From an uncultured Verrucomicrobiota bacterium (lineage in GTDB: Bacteria > Verrucomicrobiota > Verrucomicrobiia > Limisphaerales > UBA9464), in assembly GCA_903896505.1 (NCBI GenBank), contig CAITXU010000246.1, positions 9,657-73,656 on the forward strand: a DNA stretch of 64,000 nt, written 5' to 3'. The notes under the pieces are model-generated. The model was not told the origin of the DNA. It was given only the letters and a program-made list of their open reading frames with translations, and did no database searches. Numbering within the stretch: the first letter of the stretch is position 1; every line of letters starts with the position of its first letter. Shown one piece after another: positions 9,714-19,430 of the stretch. The translations under genes were made by a program, and so were the position numbers.

Positions 9714-10985
9714 CTACCGGGGAGGCAGGACCTTGTCGACGGGAACCCGGCTCAGGGTCACGTAGTTGGGAAGGCCATTGAGGATGGGCAGCTTGGGTTC
9801 GCCGACGATCAATGGGGCCACGTACTCGATAAATTTCTCGTTCGGCAGGAATCCAGCGTCATCGATCCAGTCGCGGGGAACAAAGTGCTCCACATTGGCG
9901 ATGTTTTCGAGGTTTTCCAATTCCACCGTCGTCTTGTAGGGCCTGCTGGACAGCCGGACGATTTTGGGCATAAAGCCGGACTTGCCGTTGACCGCTTCCC
10001 GTACCGCGATCACCCCGCATTGGAATGCTTCGTCGATATCGGTCTGACTTGCGAAATGGGCTGCGGCACGTTGCGCATATCCGAGCTTGACGGTGCGTGT
10101 CTTCAGGTTGAGTCGACCTTGGACAATCTGAGCCAGAGCATCGGCCGCACCCGATAGAACCGGATGGCCAAAGGCATCGAGACGGGATTTGTCGGCACCA
10201 ATTTCCTCGCCGGCCTGGTTCTTCACCCCTTCGCCCGCCACCACGATGCAGTACTTGTAGGCGGCAACCGTGGCCTTGACCTGTTCGAGGAACCGAGCTT
10301 CATCCAACGGAATCTCCGGCAACAGGATGATGTGCGGGGCAAGAGCGGGATTTCCCTGCTTGGCCAGAACCGTTCCGGCAGCAATCCAGCCAGCGGCACG
10401 GCCCATCACTTCGATAATGCAGCAAGAGCCGTCGTCCGTAGCCATCGAACCGACATCCAGTCCGACCTCCATCACGGTGGTCGCGTTGTATTTGACCACC
10501 GAACCGTAACCCGGGCAGTGGTCGGTGCAGGGAAGGTCGTTGTCGATGGTCTTGGGGACTCCCATCACGCGCAGTTCGTATCCCCGTTTCAGGGCTTGCA
10601 GGTGAATCTTGTGGGCGGTGTCCTGCGAATCATTGCCCCCCGCATAGAAAAAGTACCGGATGTTGTGGGCTTCGAACACCTGGAACAACCGGTCAATGTC
10701 TTTGGCCGCCTGCTCGGGCTTCTTGTCAAAATTGATTTTGTAGCGACACGTGCCCAAGGCGGCCGCCGGGGTATTCTTCAACCCCTCGATGGTCTTGGCC
10801 CGTTCGTCACCCAAATCGACCAGTTCCTCGTTCAAGATGCCCAGGATGCCGTTGAGACCCCCCAGAATGTTTTCGATGCCATCGTACCGTCCGGCCTCGG
10901 TGATGACCCCCGCGATGCTCGCGTTGATGACCGATGTCGGGCCGCCGGATTGGGCAACCAGCAAATTACCGTTAAGTTCCGCCAT
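9714..10985 (-). CDS. pfp: PPi-dependent 6-phosphofructokinase
   Basis: QSGGPTSVINAS, GGNDS (Asp at the PPi-specificity position), PKTIDNDL and EVMGR. Confidence 0.88.
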   Translation of the reverse strand: MAELNGNLLVAQSGGPTSVINASIAGVITEAGRYDGIENILGGLNGILGILNEELVDLGDERAKTIEGLKNTPAAALGTCRYKINFDKKPEQAAKDIDRLFQVFEAHNIRYFFYAGGNDSQDTAHKIHLQALKRGYELRVMGVPKTIDNDLPCTDHCPGYGSVVKYNATTVMEVGLDVGSMATDDGSCCIIEVMGRAAGWIAAGTVLAKQGNPALAPHIILLPEIPLDEARFLEQVKATVAAYKYCIVVAGEGVKNQAGEEIGADKSRLDAFGHPVLSGAADALAQIVQGRLNLKTRTVKLGYAQRAAAHFASQTDIDEAFQCGVIAVREAVNGKSGFMPKIVRLSSRPYKTTVELENLENIANVEHFVPRDWIDDAGFLPNEKFIEYVAPLIVGEPKLPILNGLPNYVTLSRVPVDKVLPPR

Positions 10986-11131
10986 AGAGATATGCGTTGA
11001 AAAAGCGGAGTACACCTTGCCCGCTCGACGATCAAGTAAGCAAGACGCGAATGCCATTCCCATGGGTCGTGATGCAATCCGGCGCTTGAAATGGACACTC
11101 CAAGTCCACCCGATACATTCCCAACACGTTT

Positions 11132-12652
11132 ATGGCTACCGCTCCTGATTCCCGCATTCCCGTCACCGTCCTGACCGGCTTTCTGGGTGCCGGCAAGACC
11201 ACACTGCTCAATCGCGTGCTGACGGAGAATCACGGCCAACGAATTGCCGTGATCGAAAACGAGTTTGGGGAAATCGGTATCGATAACGAGTTGGTGGTCA
11301 ATGCCGAAGAGGAAATCTTCGAGATGAACAACGGCTGCATTTGCTGCACCGTCCGTGGCGATCTCATCCGCATCCTCGGCCAGTTGCTCAAGCGCCGCGA
11401 CCGCTTCGATTATGTCCTCATCGAAACCACCGGTCTCGCCGACCCGGGGCCTGTCGCCCAAACCTTTTTCAGCGATTCGGAAATGAAGGAACGATTCCGG
11501 CTCGACGGAATTGTCACCGTGGTCGACGCCAAACATCTTCATCTCCACCTCGACGACGCCCCCGAGGCGAAGGAGCAAATCGCTTTTGCCGACCGTATCC
11601 TGCTGAACAAGACCGATTTGGTCAGCAGTGCCGACGTCGACGCCCTCGAAGCCCGGATTCGCGGGATCAACCGGGTGGCCCAGGTCTTCCGCACCACCCA
11701 ATCCAATTTGCCGGTCGATCAAGTCATCAACCTCCACGCCTTCGACCTCGATCATAAACTCTCGCTCGACGGCGACTTCCTCCAACCACAACTCCCCTTC
11801 GAATGGAGCGGGGTCTTCCATCTCGACGCGGGCGACTATCAATTGGTACTCGAGGCAGGCCCCGACCCCGTCATGGGAGTGGTTCTGCTCCAACTGGAAA
11901 CCCACGACGCACACGACCACGACCACGGGCATGAGCACAACCACGAGCATGGCCACGACGGGGAGGAACATACCCACGCTCACGAACACAGCGAAGGGCA
12001 GCACGATAACCATGACCATGACCATGAACATGGACATGGGCATTCCCACGACCATTCCGGGCCGGTCCATGACGCCTTGCTCGAAGCGGAAAACCAGGCC
12101 ACGCATTTATTCCAGCAGATCCCGGTGACCACGCGCTCGAGCGGGCTTCTCGTGCCAGGCCAGCATGTCTACAAGCTGGTGTTGGGCGAGGACACCTCGA
12201 CTTTCCGGGTCCAAATTGCTGCCCATGGTCGGTACGCACTGTTTACCCAGCATGGGCTGGACGAATTCGCCGGGAAATGGAAGCGGTCAGGGGCGGTCAT
12301 CGAACCCGAACACGTGCACGAACATGGGGGGCATGCCCACGATCATCAGCATGACGAAACCGTCACCAGCGTCGGCATTGAGGAAGCCCGGGAACTGGAC
12401 CCCAAACGGCTCAACGCCTGGTTGAGCGACCTCCTTCAGACCAAAGGGCAGGACATTTTCCGGATGAAAGGCATCCTGAATCTCAAGGGAACGACCCAAC
12501 GCTTTGTCTTTCAGGGGGTCCACATGGTGTTCGAAGGCAAGGCGGACCGGCCCTGGAAAACGGGCGAGCTCCGGCGAAGCCAACTGGTCTTCATTGGACG
12601 GAACCTGGACCGCGAAGCCCTCAATGCAGGCTTTCGGCGTTGTCTCGCCTAG
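11132..12652 (+). CDS. COG0523/CobW-family G3E GTPase metallochaperone with His-rich insert
   Basis: [30 protein letters not shown], poly-His/Asp/Glu tract and CobW_C (RMKGIL...FQGVH). Confidence 0.93.
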   Translation: MATAPDSRIPVTVLTGFLGAGKTTLLNRVLTENHGQRIAVIENEFGEIGIDNELVVNAEEEIFEMNNGCICCTVRGDLIRILGQLLKRRDRFDYVLIETTGLADPGPVAQTFFSDSEMKERFRLDGIVTVVDAKHLHLHLDDAPEAKEQIAFADRILLNKTDLVSSADVDALEARIRGINRVAQVFRTTQSNLPVDQVINLHAFDLDHKLSLDGDFLQPQLPFEWSGVFHLDAGDYQLVLEAGPDPVMGVVLLQLETHDAHDHDHGHEHNHEHGHDGEEHTHAHEHSEGQHDNHDHDHEHGHGHSHDHSGPVHDALLEAENQATHLFQQIPVTTRSSGLLVPGQHVYKLVLGEDTSTFRVQIAAHGRYALFTQHGLDEFAGKWKRSGAVIEPEHVHEHGGHAHDHQHDETVTSVGIEEARELDPKRLNAWLSDLLQTKGQDIFRMKGILNLKGTTQRFVFQGVHMVFEGKADRPWKTGELRRSQLVFIGRNLDREALNAGFRRCLA

Positions 12653-12685
12653 CCGTCGGTTTCAGCCACAGAGCCACCGGAGCAC

Positions 12686-13708
12686 ATGATTCCACAGCGT
12701 CCCCTCGACTGGACGGCCACCCTGGGTGAGCCCGTGGCCGAGCTAAGTTGGTCACCCGATGGGCAGTGGCTGGCGGTCGGAGGCGTGGAAGGGCGGGTGG
12801 TTTTGTATGAAGCCGCCACTGGCAAGCCCGTCCGCGACTGGCAGGCACATGCAGGCGGTCTCTTTCGATGCGCTTTTGCCCCCTCCACAGGGCTCCTGGC
12901 CACTTCCGGTCAGGACGGACATGTCCGGCTCTGGAATACCGTTTCCGGTGAGGCCGAGAAGGCCCTGCCGATGGGCGCAGCGTGGGTGGAACATCTGGCC
13001 TGGTCGTCCGACGGACAGTGGCTTGCGGCTGCTGCGGGACGAAACCTTCGCCTCTGGCAGCCGTCCACTGGGCTGGTGCATGAAGCGCCGCCGGCTAAAA
13101 CCACCTGGTCCGGACTGGCCTGGCATCATTCACGGCCCGAGATTGCTGTTGCCCGATTTGGCGGCGTCGACATTTGGAGTGCCCCGACAGCCCGATTGAC
13201 CACCTCCCTGCCCTGGAAAACGTCGCTGATTTCAGTGGCGTGGTCGCCCGACGGACGTTGGATCGTGGCCGGTACTCAGGAACTCAGCGTCCAAATCTGG
13301 CAACTTCCATTCCGTCCCGAATCCGAGCTCGCCATGTCCGGCTACGCGGCCAAGGTCCGCCAGTTGGCCTGGCATCCCTCCAGCCGTTATCTGGCCACCG
13401 GAGGCGGCATCGAGATCATGGTGTGGGATTGCGCTGGAAAAGGGCCTGAGGGCACTTCGCCGCGCATCCTGACCGGACACCTCGCCAAGGTGACCGCTCT
13501 AACCTACCAAAAGGCCGGGCATTTGCTTGCCAGCGGAGGTGAAGAGGGTCGGGTTTTACTCTGGAATGCTGGAAAATCCTCCGATGCCCTCCGACAGTAT
13601 CAATTGGGAGCCTCCATCACTGCCGTAGCTTGGGACGCCCGGGATACGCGCTTGGCCATTGGCACCCACACCGGTGAAGTGGCCCTGGGCAAATCGGTGA
13701 CGGGGTAG
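12686..13708 (+). CDS. WD40-repeat beta-propeller protein
   Basis: Repeated (L/V)AWSPDG..LA and TSGQDGHVRLW units; 33 bp downstream of the CobW gene. Confidence 0.9.
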   Translation: MIPQRPLDWTATLGEPVAELSWSPDGQWLAVGGVEGRVVLYEAATGKPVRDWQAHAGGLFRCAFAPSTGLLATSGQDGHVRLWNTVSGEAEKALPMGAAWVEHLAWSSDGQWLAAAAGRNLRLWQPSTGLVHEAPPAKTTWSGLAWHHSRPEIAVARFGGVDIWSAPTARLTTSLPWKTSLISVAWSPDGRWIVAGTQELSVQIWQLPFRPESELAMSGYAAKVRQLAWHPSSRYLATGGGIEIMVWDCAGKGPEGTSPRILTGHLAKVTALTYQKAGHLLASGGEEGRVLLWNAGKSSDALRQYQLGASITAVAWDARDTRLAIGTHTGEVALGKSVTG

Positions 13709-13792
13709 AGGCCCGGAGGTGACGGATCAGCTTGAGTCGGGTGGGGTCAACCCATACGGTCTGGTAAAACAACGCCTCTTTAGCCATTAGCC

Positions 13793-14767
13793 ATGAAGGA
13801 GCTGAAACAGTTATGGACCAGCCTGCCATTGAAAGGCCCTTTTGCCGTGCTTTTCGTGGCATGGTGCGCCGTGTTTCACTGGCTGGGTAATTCCGGCCTG
13901 GGCTATATCAAAACCGATTCGCTTTTTGAGTGGCTGAATGAGTGGTATCAAATGAAGTCGCCCGTGGAGACCGGCGACGAGCTTTGTCCGCTGGCTCCAT
14001 TCGTTGTGGCCATGGTGGTTTACCTCAAACGCGAGGAATTCGCTGCCATTGCCAAGCGCCCGTGGCCACCGGCCTTGCTGATCTTGGGCGTTGGCGGAGC
14101 CCTTCACGTGCTCGGCTATCTCGCCCAGCAAACACGCGTTTCGGCTGGTGCATTTCTGGTTGGCGGCTTTGGGCTGATGGGCCTGACCTGGGGCGTGGCC
14201 TGGCTTCGCGCCACCGCATTTCCATGGTTCGTGATGACCTTCGCCATTCCGGTGGGAATCTATATGGATTCCCTAACGTTCAGCCTGCGGCTTTGGTCGA
14301 CCATCCTGTCGACAGCCGTCTGCCGGGGACTTTTGGGGATCGATCTCATCCGCAGCCAGACATCGGTGATGCTGGCAGGCACGGCACGGCATCCTGGTTT
14401 CCATTTTGAGGTAGCCGCGGCCTGCAGCGGGATGCGGAGCGTCACCGCCGTCATCTTCATCAGCGTTATTTACGCCTACCTCAATTACCGGGCGCCATGG
14501 CGCCGGATTGCGATTGTCCTGATCGGCATTCCCCTGGCGCTGTTTGGCAACGTGGTCCGCCTCTGCTCTGTATTCATTGCAGGGGATGCGTTTGGAGAAA
14601 ACGCCGGAAAGTTCATTGAGACCAAGATGGGCTTTCTGACCTGGATCGTCGCCTTGATTGGGCTTTTCCAATTCGGACGCCTGCTGCGCGAAACCAGCCC
14701 CGGCGGGGGGCCACGGACGGAACCCGACGCGCCTTCCCTGAAACCCGCAACCGGTCCGGCTCAATGA
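13793..14767 (+). CDS. exosortase/archaeosortase family transpeptidase (EpsH-like)
   Basis: F-A-I-P, FEVAAACSGMRS (catalytic Cys), GNVVR (Arg) and about 8 TM segments. Confidence 0.88.
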   Translation: MKELKQLWTSLPLKGPFAVLFVAWCAVFHWLGNSGLGYIKTDSLFEWLNEWYQMKSPVETGDELCPLAPFVVAMVVYLKREEFAAIAKRPWPPALLILGVGGALHVLGYLAQQTRVSAGAFLVGGFGLMGLTWGVAWLRATAFPWFVMTFAIPVGIYMDSLTFSLRLWSTILSTAVCRGLLGIDLIRSQTSVMLAGTARHPGFHFEVAAACSGMRSVTAVIFISVIYAYLNYRAPWRRIAIVLIGIPLALFGNVVRLCSVFIAGDAFGENAGKFIETKMGFLTWIVALIGLFQFGRLLRETSPGGGPRTEPDAPSLKPATGPAQ

Positions 14768-15507
14768 CCCGCATTCATCACTATTCCATCGCTACCGCAT
14801 TCGCGATCATCGCCCTCACCGCCCTTGCGGTTGTGCGCTTGCGATTCAGCCAGCGACTCGGTGAACCCGCAGTACGGATGGTTGGGCTTCCTGTAGTGAC
14901 GGAAAGCGGGAACGTGGCGCGGACCAATTCCGTTTTTCTCCCGCAGTCGACCCCGGGCTATGACGTCGCCGTAGCCCCAATGGACGATATCGAAATCTCC
15001 TTCCTGCCTCCAGACACCAGCTTTGGGCGCCGCCGGTTTACCTCCATTGACGGGAATTTATCCGTACAGACGACCGTCGTTCTGATGCGCTCGGATCGCA
15101 CGAGCATGCACCGACCGGAGTTTTGCCTCTCCCGGTCTGGATGGAACATCAAGCGGCAGGTCACCGAGGCGGTGCGCCTCGCCGGGCAGCCGTCGCGCGA
15201 CGTCGCCGTGCGCCGACTCGACGTGACCCAATTCGGCAAAGACGAAACGGGAAGATCGGTCCAGGCGGCAGGGGTGTATGCTTTCTTCTTTGTGGCACCG
15301 GGTTTGACAACAGCCAGCCCCCTCACGCGGACACTATGGATGATGCGCAGTCTCTTCGAATCCAACGTGCTTCAACGCTGGGCTTATGTCTCGTATTTTG
15401 CCCGGTGTGAGCCGGGAGACGAAGAGGCGACGTTTCAAAAAATGGCAAACCTGATTGGGCAGACTGCCCCCGAATTCATTCAATTCGATCAGGGCGCACT
15501 GCCTTGA
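14764..15507 (+). CDS. exosortase-associated EpsI-family protein
   Basis: ATGA-coupled to the exosortase; LPPDT, DRTSMHRPEFCL..SGW motif and one N-terminal TM. Confidence 0.78.
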   Translation: MTRIHHYSIATAFAIIALTALAVVRLRFSQRLGEPAVRMVGLPVVTESGNVARTNSVFLPQSTPGYDVAVAPMDDIEISFLPPDTSFGRRRFTSIDGNLSVQTTVVLMRSDRTSMHRPEFCLSRSGWNIKRQVTEAVRLAGQPSRDVAVRRLDVTQFGKDETGRSVQAAGVYAFFFVAPGLTTASPLTRTLWMMRSLFESNVLQRWAYVSYFARCEPGDEEATFQKMANLIGQTAPEFIQFDQGALP

Positions 15508-15603
15508 GGACCCCGTTCGGTTGGGCGGAGTCGAGTTTCCCACGGTCTTGCAGACGGCCACTTGGTTGGGCCCTTGCGGATGGCATGCTATTGGGACCGC
15601 CGC

Positions 15604-15990
15604 GGCTCCGCCGGACCGCGGCGGTCCGATCGACGCCCCAATCGCAAAGGCGAAGCCCATGGGCCGTCCGCAGGACCGCGGCTCGACAGGAGTCTCGCCG
15701 ATGTGAGTCGGATTCAATAGGCTGGACTGATGATTTAGAAAGCCATGGTAGGGCGAGGCTCCGCCGAGCCGCGGCGGTCCGTTCGACGCCCGATCGCAAA
15801 GGCGAAGCCCATGGGCCGTCCGCAGGACCGCGGCTCGACAGGAGTCTCGCCGATGTGACTCGGATTAAATAGGCTGGACTGATGATTTAGAAAGCCATGG
15901 TAGGGCGAGGCTCCGCCGAGCCGCGGCGGTCCGTTCGACGCCCCGATCGCAAGGGCGAAGCCCATGGGCCGTCCGCAGGACCGTCCGCAG
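15604..15990. repeat. tandem array (~2.5 copies, 152-153 bp period) of a GTAG-type REP/REPIN unit
   Basis: GGCTCCGCC...GCGGCGGTCCG units begin at 15604, 15757 and 15909; GGTAGGGCGAGGCTCCGCCGAGCC pairs with the inverted GGCTCGACAGGAGTCTCGCC. Confidence 0.92.
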
Positions 15991-16078
15991 GATCGATGCT
16001 TCCTCTTGGAGAGAGGCGCTGACGGGTGCCACTTTTTCCTGGGTGGAGTCGGGGAAACTCCAATGTCCACTGTTCGAA

Positions 16079-16106
16079 GCTGTTGGTGCCGACGGAGGGG
16101 GTCGAA
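16079..16106 (-). repeat. att site: duplicated tRNA-Leu 3' end (T-loop to CCA, plus 5 nt)
   Basis: Exact match to 24652-24679. Confidence 0.93.
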
Positions 16107-16289
16107 TTCGGAAGCCTGATTTTGGGGAGATTCGATCAAAGTGCATCAATAGCCTGTAAACAGGGCTCTAAATGCGTCCATTTAAATCACTCTCGGGTGC
16201 CTCGATTTTCGTTTGCCCGAAGGTTTTTACCGATTCCGTTGTCACTAACTGTAATTAAAATCGACCCGGTGCGGGTGCAGACCCCGAAC

Positions 16290-16760
16290 CTAGACCTGGT
16301 AGCGCTTCAGGACCCGGCGAACGAGGTGATCCGGTAAAAAGATATTGGTCTGCTTCAGTCTTTCAATTGCTTCCGACACGTCGAGCAAACCGCGACTGGC
16401 TGCTTCCTCAAGGATGCCAATCAAGCCTTGGACGGGAATCCCCGACGAAACCGCTGCCGTGCGGCCCGCTGCATCATCCATCAGAATCAGCCGGGCACCG
16501 AGTTCGAGTCCCAAAGCGATTGCCTCACGTTCGCCTGGACCCAGCTCCGGGAAACTCAAGGCGAAGCGGGGCGTCGATACCTCCACCCATTCGGGAATGT
16601 TTGCGGCCCAAGACCGGACGATCAAAGGAGCTTTGGGGTGCAGTAGTTCAACATGCACCGCCGTTGGAAGCGTCAACGAGCCGTAGAGCTCGCGAAGGAT
16701 CCCGACCTGTCCGATCAACAGGAGGTAATTCAGCGGGCCTGTATCGGCGATGACGATCAC
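16290..16760 (-). CDS. PIN-domain (DUF3368-type) toxin
   Basis: VIADTGPL, P.AV..EL, LGPGEREAI and ILMDD..GR. Confidence 0.85.
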   Translation of the reverse strand: MIVIADTGPLNYLLLIGQVGILRELYGSLTLPTAVHVELLHPKAPLIVRSWAANIPEWVEVSTPRFALSFPELGPGEREAIALGLELGARLILMDDAAGRTAAVSSGIPVQGLIGILEEAASRGLLDVSEAIERLKQTNIFLPDHLVRRVLKRYQV

Positions 16761-17017
16761 GCCGGGGTCGTGAGCCGGTCGTTGTCGAGGGAGTCGTCGA
16801 TGCTGTCTTTGGCGGGGTATGGCACCCGGCAGGCAGTGAAGAGTTCTTCGGCCTCGTGAAATCCAATTCCGAGAAGTTCAGCCACCTTGCCTCGTGACAG
16901 GCGTCCGCGGGCGCATTCGTCGACCAGCAAGGCCTCAAAGAGCCGCCGTGGCAGGGCCGCTGAACCGTAGCCCAGGGTCCTGGCCAGCGACTCCGGGAAG
17001 TCGAGGGTGATTTCCAT
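16757..17017 (-). CDS. UPF0175-family antitoxin
   Basis: ITLDFP..., GRLSRGKVAELLGI HTH; 4-bp overlap with the PIN gene. Confidence 0.8.
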   Translation of the reverse strand: MEITLDFPESLARTLGYGSAALPRRLFEALLVDECARGRLSRGKVAELLGIGFHEAEELFTACRVPYPAKDSIDDSLDNDRLTTPA

Positions 17018-17065
17018 ACGTTACAAACTGAAGGTCATCCGATGCCCGCATCCTTGCAACTCCGT

Positions 17066-17386
17066 TCACTCTGAAACCAATTGCTCATGAATGGGCACCG
17101 CTTCAGCGCGGATTTTGGCCTCAACAAAGCGATTCAGACGGGAACAGAAGTCGACTTTGCGACCCAGGAGGGCGGACAGTTCTTCGTCGTAAAGGAAGTA
17201 CCGGAAACCGACGTTCTGAAGAGCTACGGGTTCGAACTCGGCGAGGACATCGATGTCGCTCCGAGCAGGGTCGAAGTCGGCCCGGAGAACCGAGCCAAAC
17301 AAGCTGAGCTTCCGGATGCCGCGTTCTTGGCAGAATTGCCCAACTTTGGCCCGGTCGATCTCTATGGGGAGTCGTACCTCGTCCAT
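17066..17386 (-). CDS. minimal nucleotidyltransferase (MntA-type antitoxin) with no HEPN partner
   Basis: LFGSVLR.DF...SDIDVL and LLGRKVD. Confidence 0.85.
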   Translation of the reverse strand: MDEVRLPIEIDRAKVGQFCQERGIRKLSLFGSVLRADFDPARSDIDVLAEFEPVALQNVGFRYFLYDEELSALLGRKVDFCSRLNRFVEAKIRAEAVPIHEQLVSE

Positions 17387-17471
17387 GCCTCAACTATTCA
17401 CCGACTGACGGCAGGCGGCAATGCCTGAGGCTCGGCTTTACAGACTAGTTGGTCCGTTCCAGCCTATTGCG

Positions 17472-17708
17472 GTGAAGCTTTATGAGACAACCGGACGGGT
17501 TGGGCCGGGCGGCGAACTGACGTTGACCGACTTGCCGTTTTCCAGCGGGGACGAGGTCAAGGTCCGGATCGAATCCGTTGCGGATTTGCCCATAGCTCGC
17601 ACCCCGTTCGTCTTTGGACTCCACGCCGGACTGGTGACGGTGCACGAGGACTTTGACGCTCCCCTGCCCGATTCTTTCTGGCTGGGGGAGGGTGAAATTC
17701 GTGCCTAA
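17472..17708 (+). CDS. DUF2281-like antitoxin (copy 1)
   Basis: C-terminal FGLHAG.V.V.EDFDAPLPD.FW signature; start uncertain (GTG 17472 or ATG 17421). Confidence 0.7.
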   Translation: MKLYETTGRVGPGGELTLTDLPFSSGDEVKVRIESVADLPIARTPFVFGLHAGLVTVHEDFDAPLPDSFWLGEGEIRA

Positions 17709-17719
17709 TGCCCGCCGTT

Positions 17720-17852
17720 TTAGCACCAACGGTGCGACCCGGTGACAGCCCAGGGCATCGTCCTGGGTAAGCGGTGTCCAATAGTCCAAGCCCTGAAGGG
17801 GCGGATCAACCCATGCCATTCCCTTTTCCATCCAAGGGGAAGCACCGTTACC
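17720..17852. repeat. palindromic element CCCAGGGCATCG(T/C)CCTGGG...GCCCTGAAGGGGCG (REP-like), copy 1
   Basis: Near-identical copy at 19303-19430; internal hairpins. Confidence 0.8.
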
Positions 17853-17882
17853 CTCCACCGGCTGACAGCGGGCAGCAAAGGC

Positions 17883-18284
17883 TCACTCGATGAGGCGCAC
17901 GTTGGGGAAATACGTCTTAAACCGGGATTTGTCACTGGTGGCGACCGGGAAACCAGTGACTTCAGCGTGTGCACCGATGAAGAAGTCTGGAAGCGGCATT
18001 GCCCGGCGACGCTCACCTTTGACGGAAGACCGTGTCAGAAATCGTTTGAACGCGGTCGCAGCAACCGCACAGGAAGACCAAGGTAGATCGAGCCGGTGAA
18101 CGTCCATCATGGCGAGTGCGGAGTCCAAGGTTTCAGAGGGCTGACCCTGAAGCAGTTCCGCATAAATGATGGGGTTGATGCCCATGGCACCCGCATTCGA
18201 TCTAAGCGTTGAAATCGCCCATTCGTGGGCCGGGGAGTCCGGGTCTTCCGCGTCGAAGAAGACGTTGGAATTAATGATCAGCAC
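17883..18284 (-). CDS. VapC/PIN toxin
   Basis: IINSNV, NPIIYAEL, LPDFFIGAHA and TSD..RF.TYFP; the first PIN Asp appears as Asn. Confidence 0.85.
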   Translation of the reverse strand: MLIINSNVFFDAEDPDSPAHEWAISTLRSNAGAMGINPIIYAELLQGQPSETLDSALAMMDVHRLDLPWSSCAVAATAFKRFLTRSSVKGERRRAMPLPDFFIGAHAEVTGFPVATSDKSRFKTYFPNVRLIE

Positions 18285-18507
18285 GGCGGGATTCCCGAAC
18301 TTTTTTCACCATTGGACGGTCAAACTTCAGCATCCGCAGTCCGCTATCGAACGTGGCGACTGAACTCGCTTTCGCAATGATGAGTGGGGCTTGAGCCCGG
18401 ATACACTGGCGGACAACCTCTGCTTTCGATGACTTGGCGGCTTTGGTTGCCTCATTCAGGAGCGCTAGCGTCTCCTCGTCGATCAACGTGGGCGGCAACT
18501 TCGGCAT
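18271..18507 (-). CDS. putative ribbon-helix-helix (CopG-like) antitoxin
   Basis: TLIDEETLALLNEATKAAKSSKAEVVRQCI; overlaps the PIN start. Confidence 0.65.
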   Translation of the reverse strand: MPKLPPTLIDEETLALLNEATKAAKSSKAEVVRQCIRAQAPLIIAKASSVATFDSGLRMLKFDRPMVKKVRESRRADH

Positions 18508-18773
18508 ATCTAAAGCATATCTCGCTGGGTCACCCTGTAAAGTGTGACGAACAATCGGGCAGAGAACGGGGGCGACGGCACCTGACCAAGTTGGGATTGA
18601 GACCACCTTGAAGGAGCAGCGAGCCGAAGAGTGACAAAGGGAAGGGGGGCGGGGGGGTGCTCTGAAGCGGGGGAGGGCCTCGGGCGACATTGGTTAATGA
18701 GGGGGAGATTTTTGGACAAATTGCCGGTTCTTGATTCCCTTCTAAAAAAGGTCAACATTGACTGGATAGATTT

Positions 18774-19010
18774 ATGACCAACGCCACCCTGACCTTGACC
18801 TTACCCAGCGACGAGGTGGACTCGCTCAAATCCTTCGCCGTCGATCATGGAATCACTGTGGCCGAATTGGTCGGTCGTTTTGCCCAGGGCCTTAAATCGG
18901 TGGGTCCTGTTTCGATTCATCCGGAGGTATTGGCCCTGACCGGTCTGGTTCCATCAAACTGGGATGTCGAGGCTGAACATCGACAGCACCTCGTCACCAA
19001 ACATCGGTGA
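18774..19010 (+). CDS. putative antitoxin (RHH, DUF6364-like) with toxin lost
   Basis: LTLTLPSDEVDSLKSFAVDHGITVAELV...HPEVLALTGLVP...HLVTKHR. Confidence 0.65.
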   Translation: MTNATLTLTLPSDEVDSLKSFAVDHGITVAELVGRFAQGLKSVGPVSIHPEVLALTGLVPSNWDVEAEHRQHLVTKHR

Positions 19011-19051
19011 AGGATCTCTTTACAAACTAGTCGATCGGGTGGAAACTTCTA

Positions 19052-19291
19052 GTGCAAAATCCGTATGAGATAGCTGAACGGGTTGGACCTGACGGCGTGC
19101 TGACGTTGAGCCACCTGCCATTTCCGATCGGACAGGAAGTCAAGGTCTGCATCGGATCCACTCCGGATGCCCCCACAGCTCTCGCCCCGTTCGCCTTTGG
19201 CCTGCACACCGGATTGATTACGGTGTGCGAGGACTTTGATGCTCCGCTGCCTGACCCTTTTTGGCTGGGCGAAGATGAGACTCCTTCCTGA
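19052..19291 (+). CDS. DUF2281-like antitoxin (copy 2)
   Basis: Paralog of 17472-17708 (YE...RVGP.G.LTL..LPF..G.EVKV...FGLH.G...EDFDAPLPD.FWLGE). Confidence 0.7.
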   Translation: MQNPYEIAERVGPDGVLTLSHLPFPIGQEVKVCIGSTPDAPTALAPFAFGLHTGLITVCEDFDAPLPDPFWLGEDETPS

Positions 19292-19302
19292 TGGCCTCCG
19301 TC

Positions 19303-19430
19303 TTAGCACCAACGGTGCGACCCGGTGACAGCCCAGGGCATCGCCCTGGGTAAACGGTATTTAATTTTCCAAGCCCTGAAGGGGCGGACCAACCCATCCC
19401 AGTTTCCATCCAAAGGGATGGACCGTTACC
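19303..19430. repeat. palindromic REP-like element, copy 2
   Basis: TAGCACCAACGGTGCGACCCGGTGACAGCCCAGGGCATCG is identical to 17721 onward. Confidence 0.8.

Noticed and set aside
10832-12106. 424-aa minus-strand ORF with a hydrophobic Met/Val-rich start
   Set aside because: Reverse complement of the CobW His tract (CAC/CAT read as GTG/ATG).
15604-15990. Possible CRISPR array
   Set aside because: The units are ~152 bp with identical 'spacers' and no cas genes are present, so this is a tandem REP-type repeat.
16079-16106. Second tRNA gene
   Set aside because: Only the 3' 23 nt of the tRNA are present, so it is the att duplication.
15334-16149. Several short ORFs across the repeat array
   Set aside because: They are translations of the repeats, with repeated peptide text and no coding signature.
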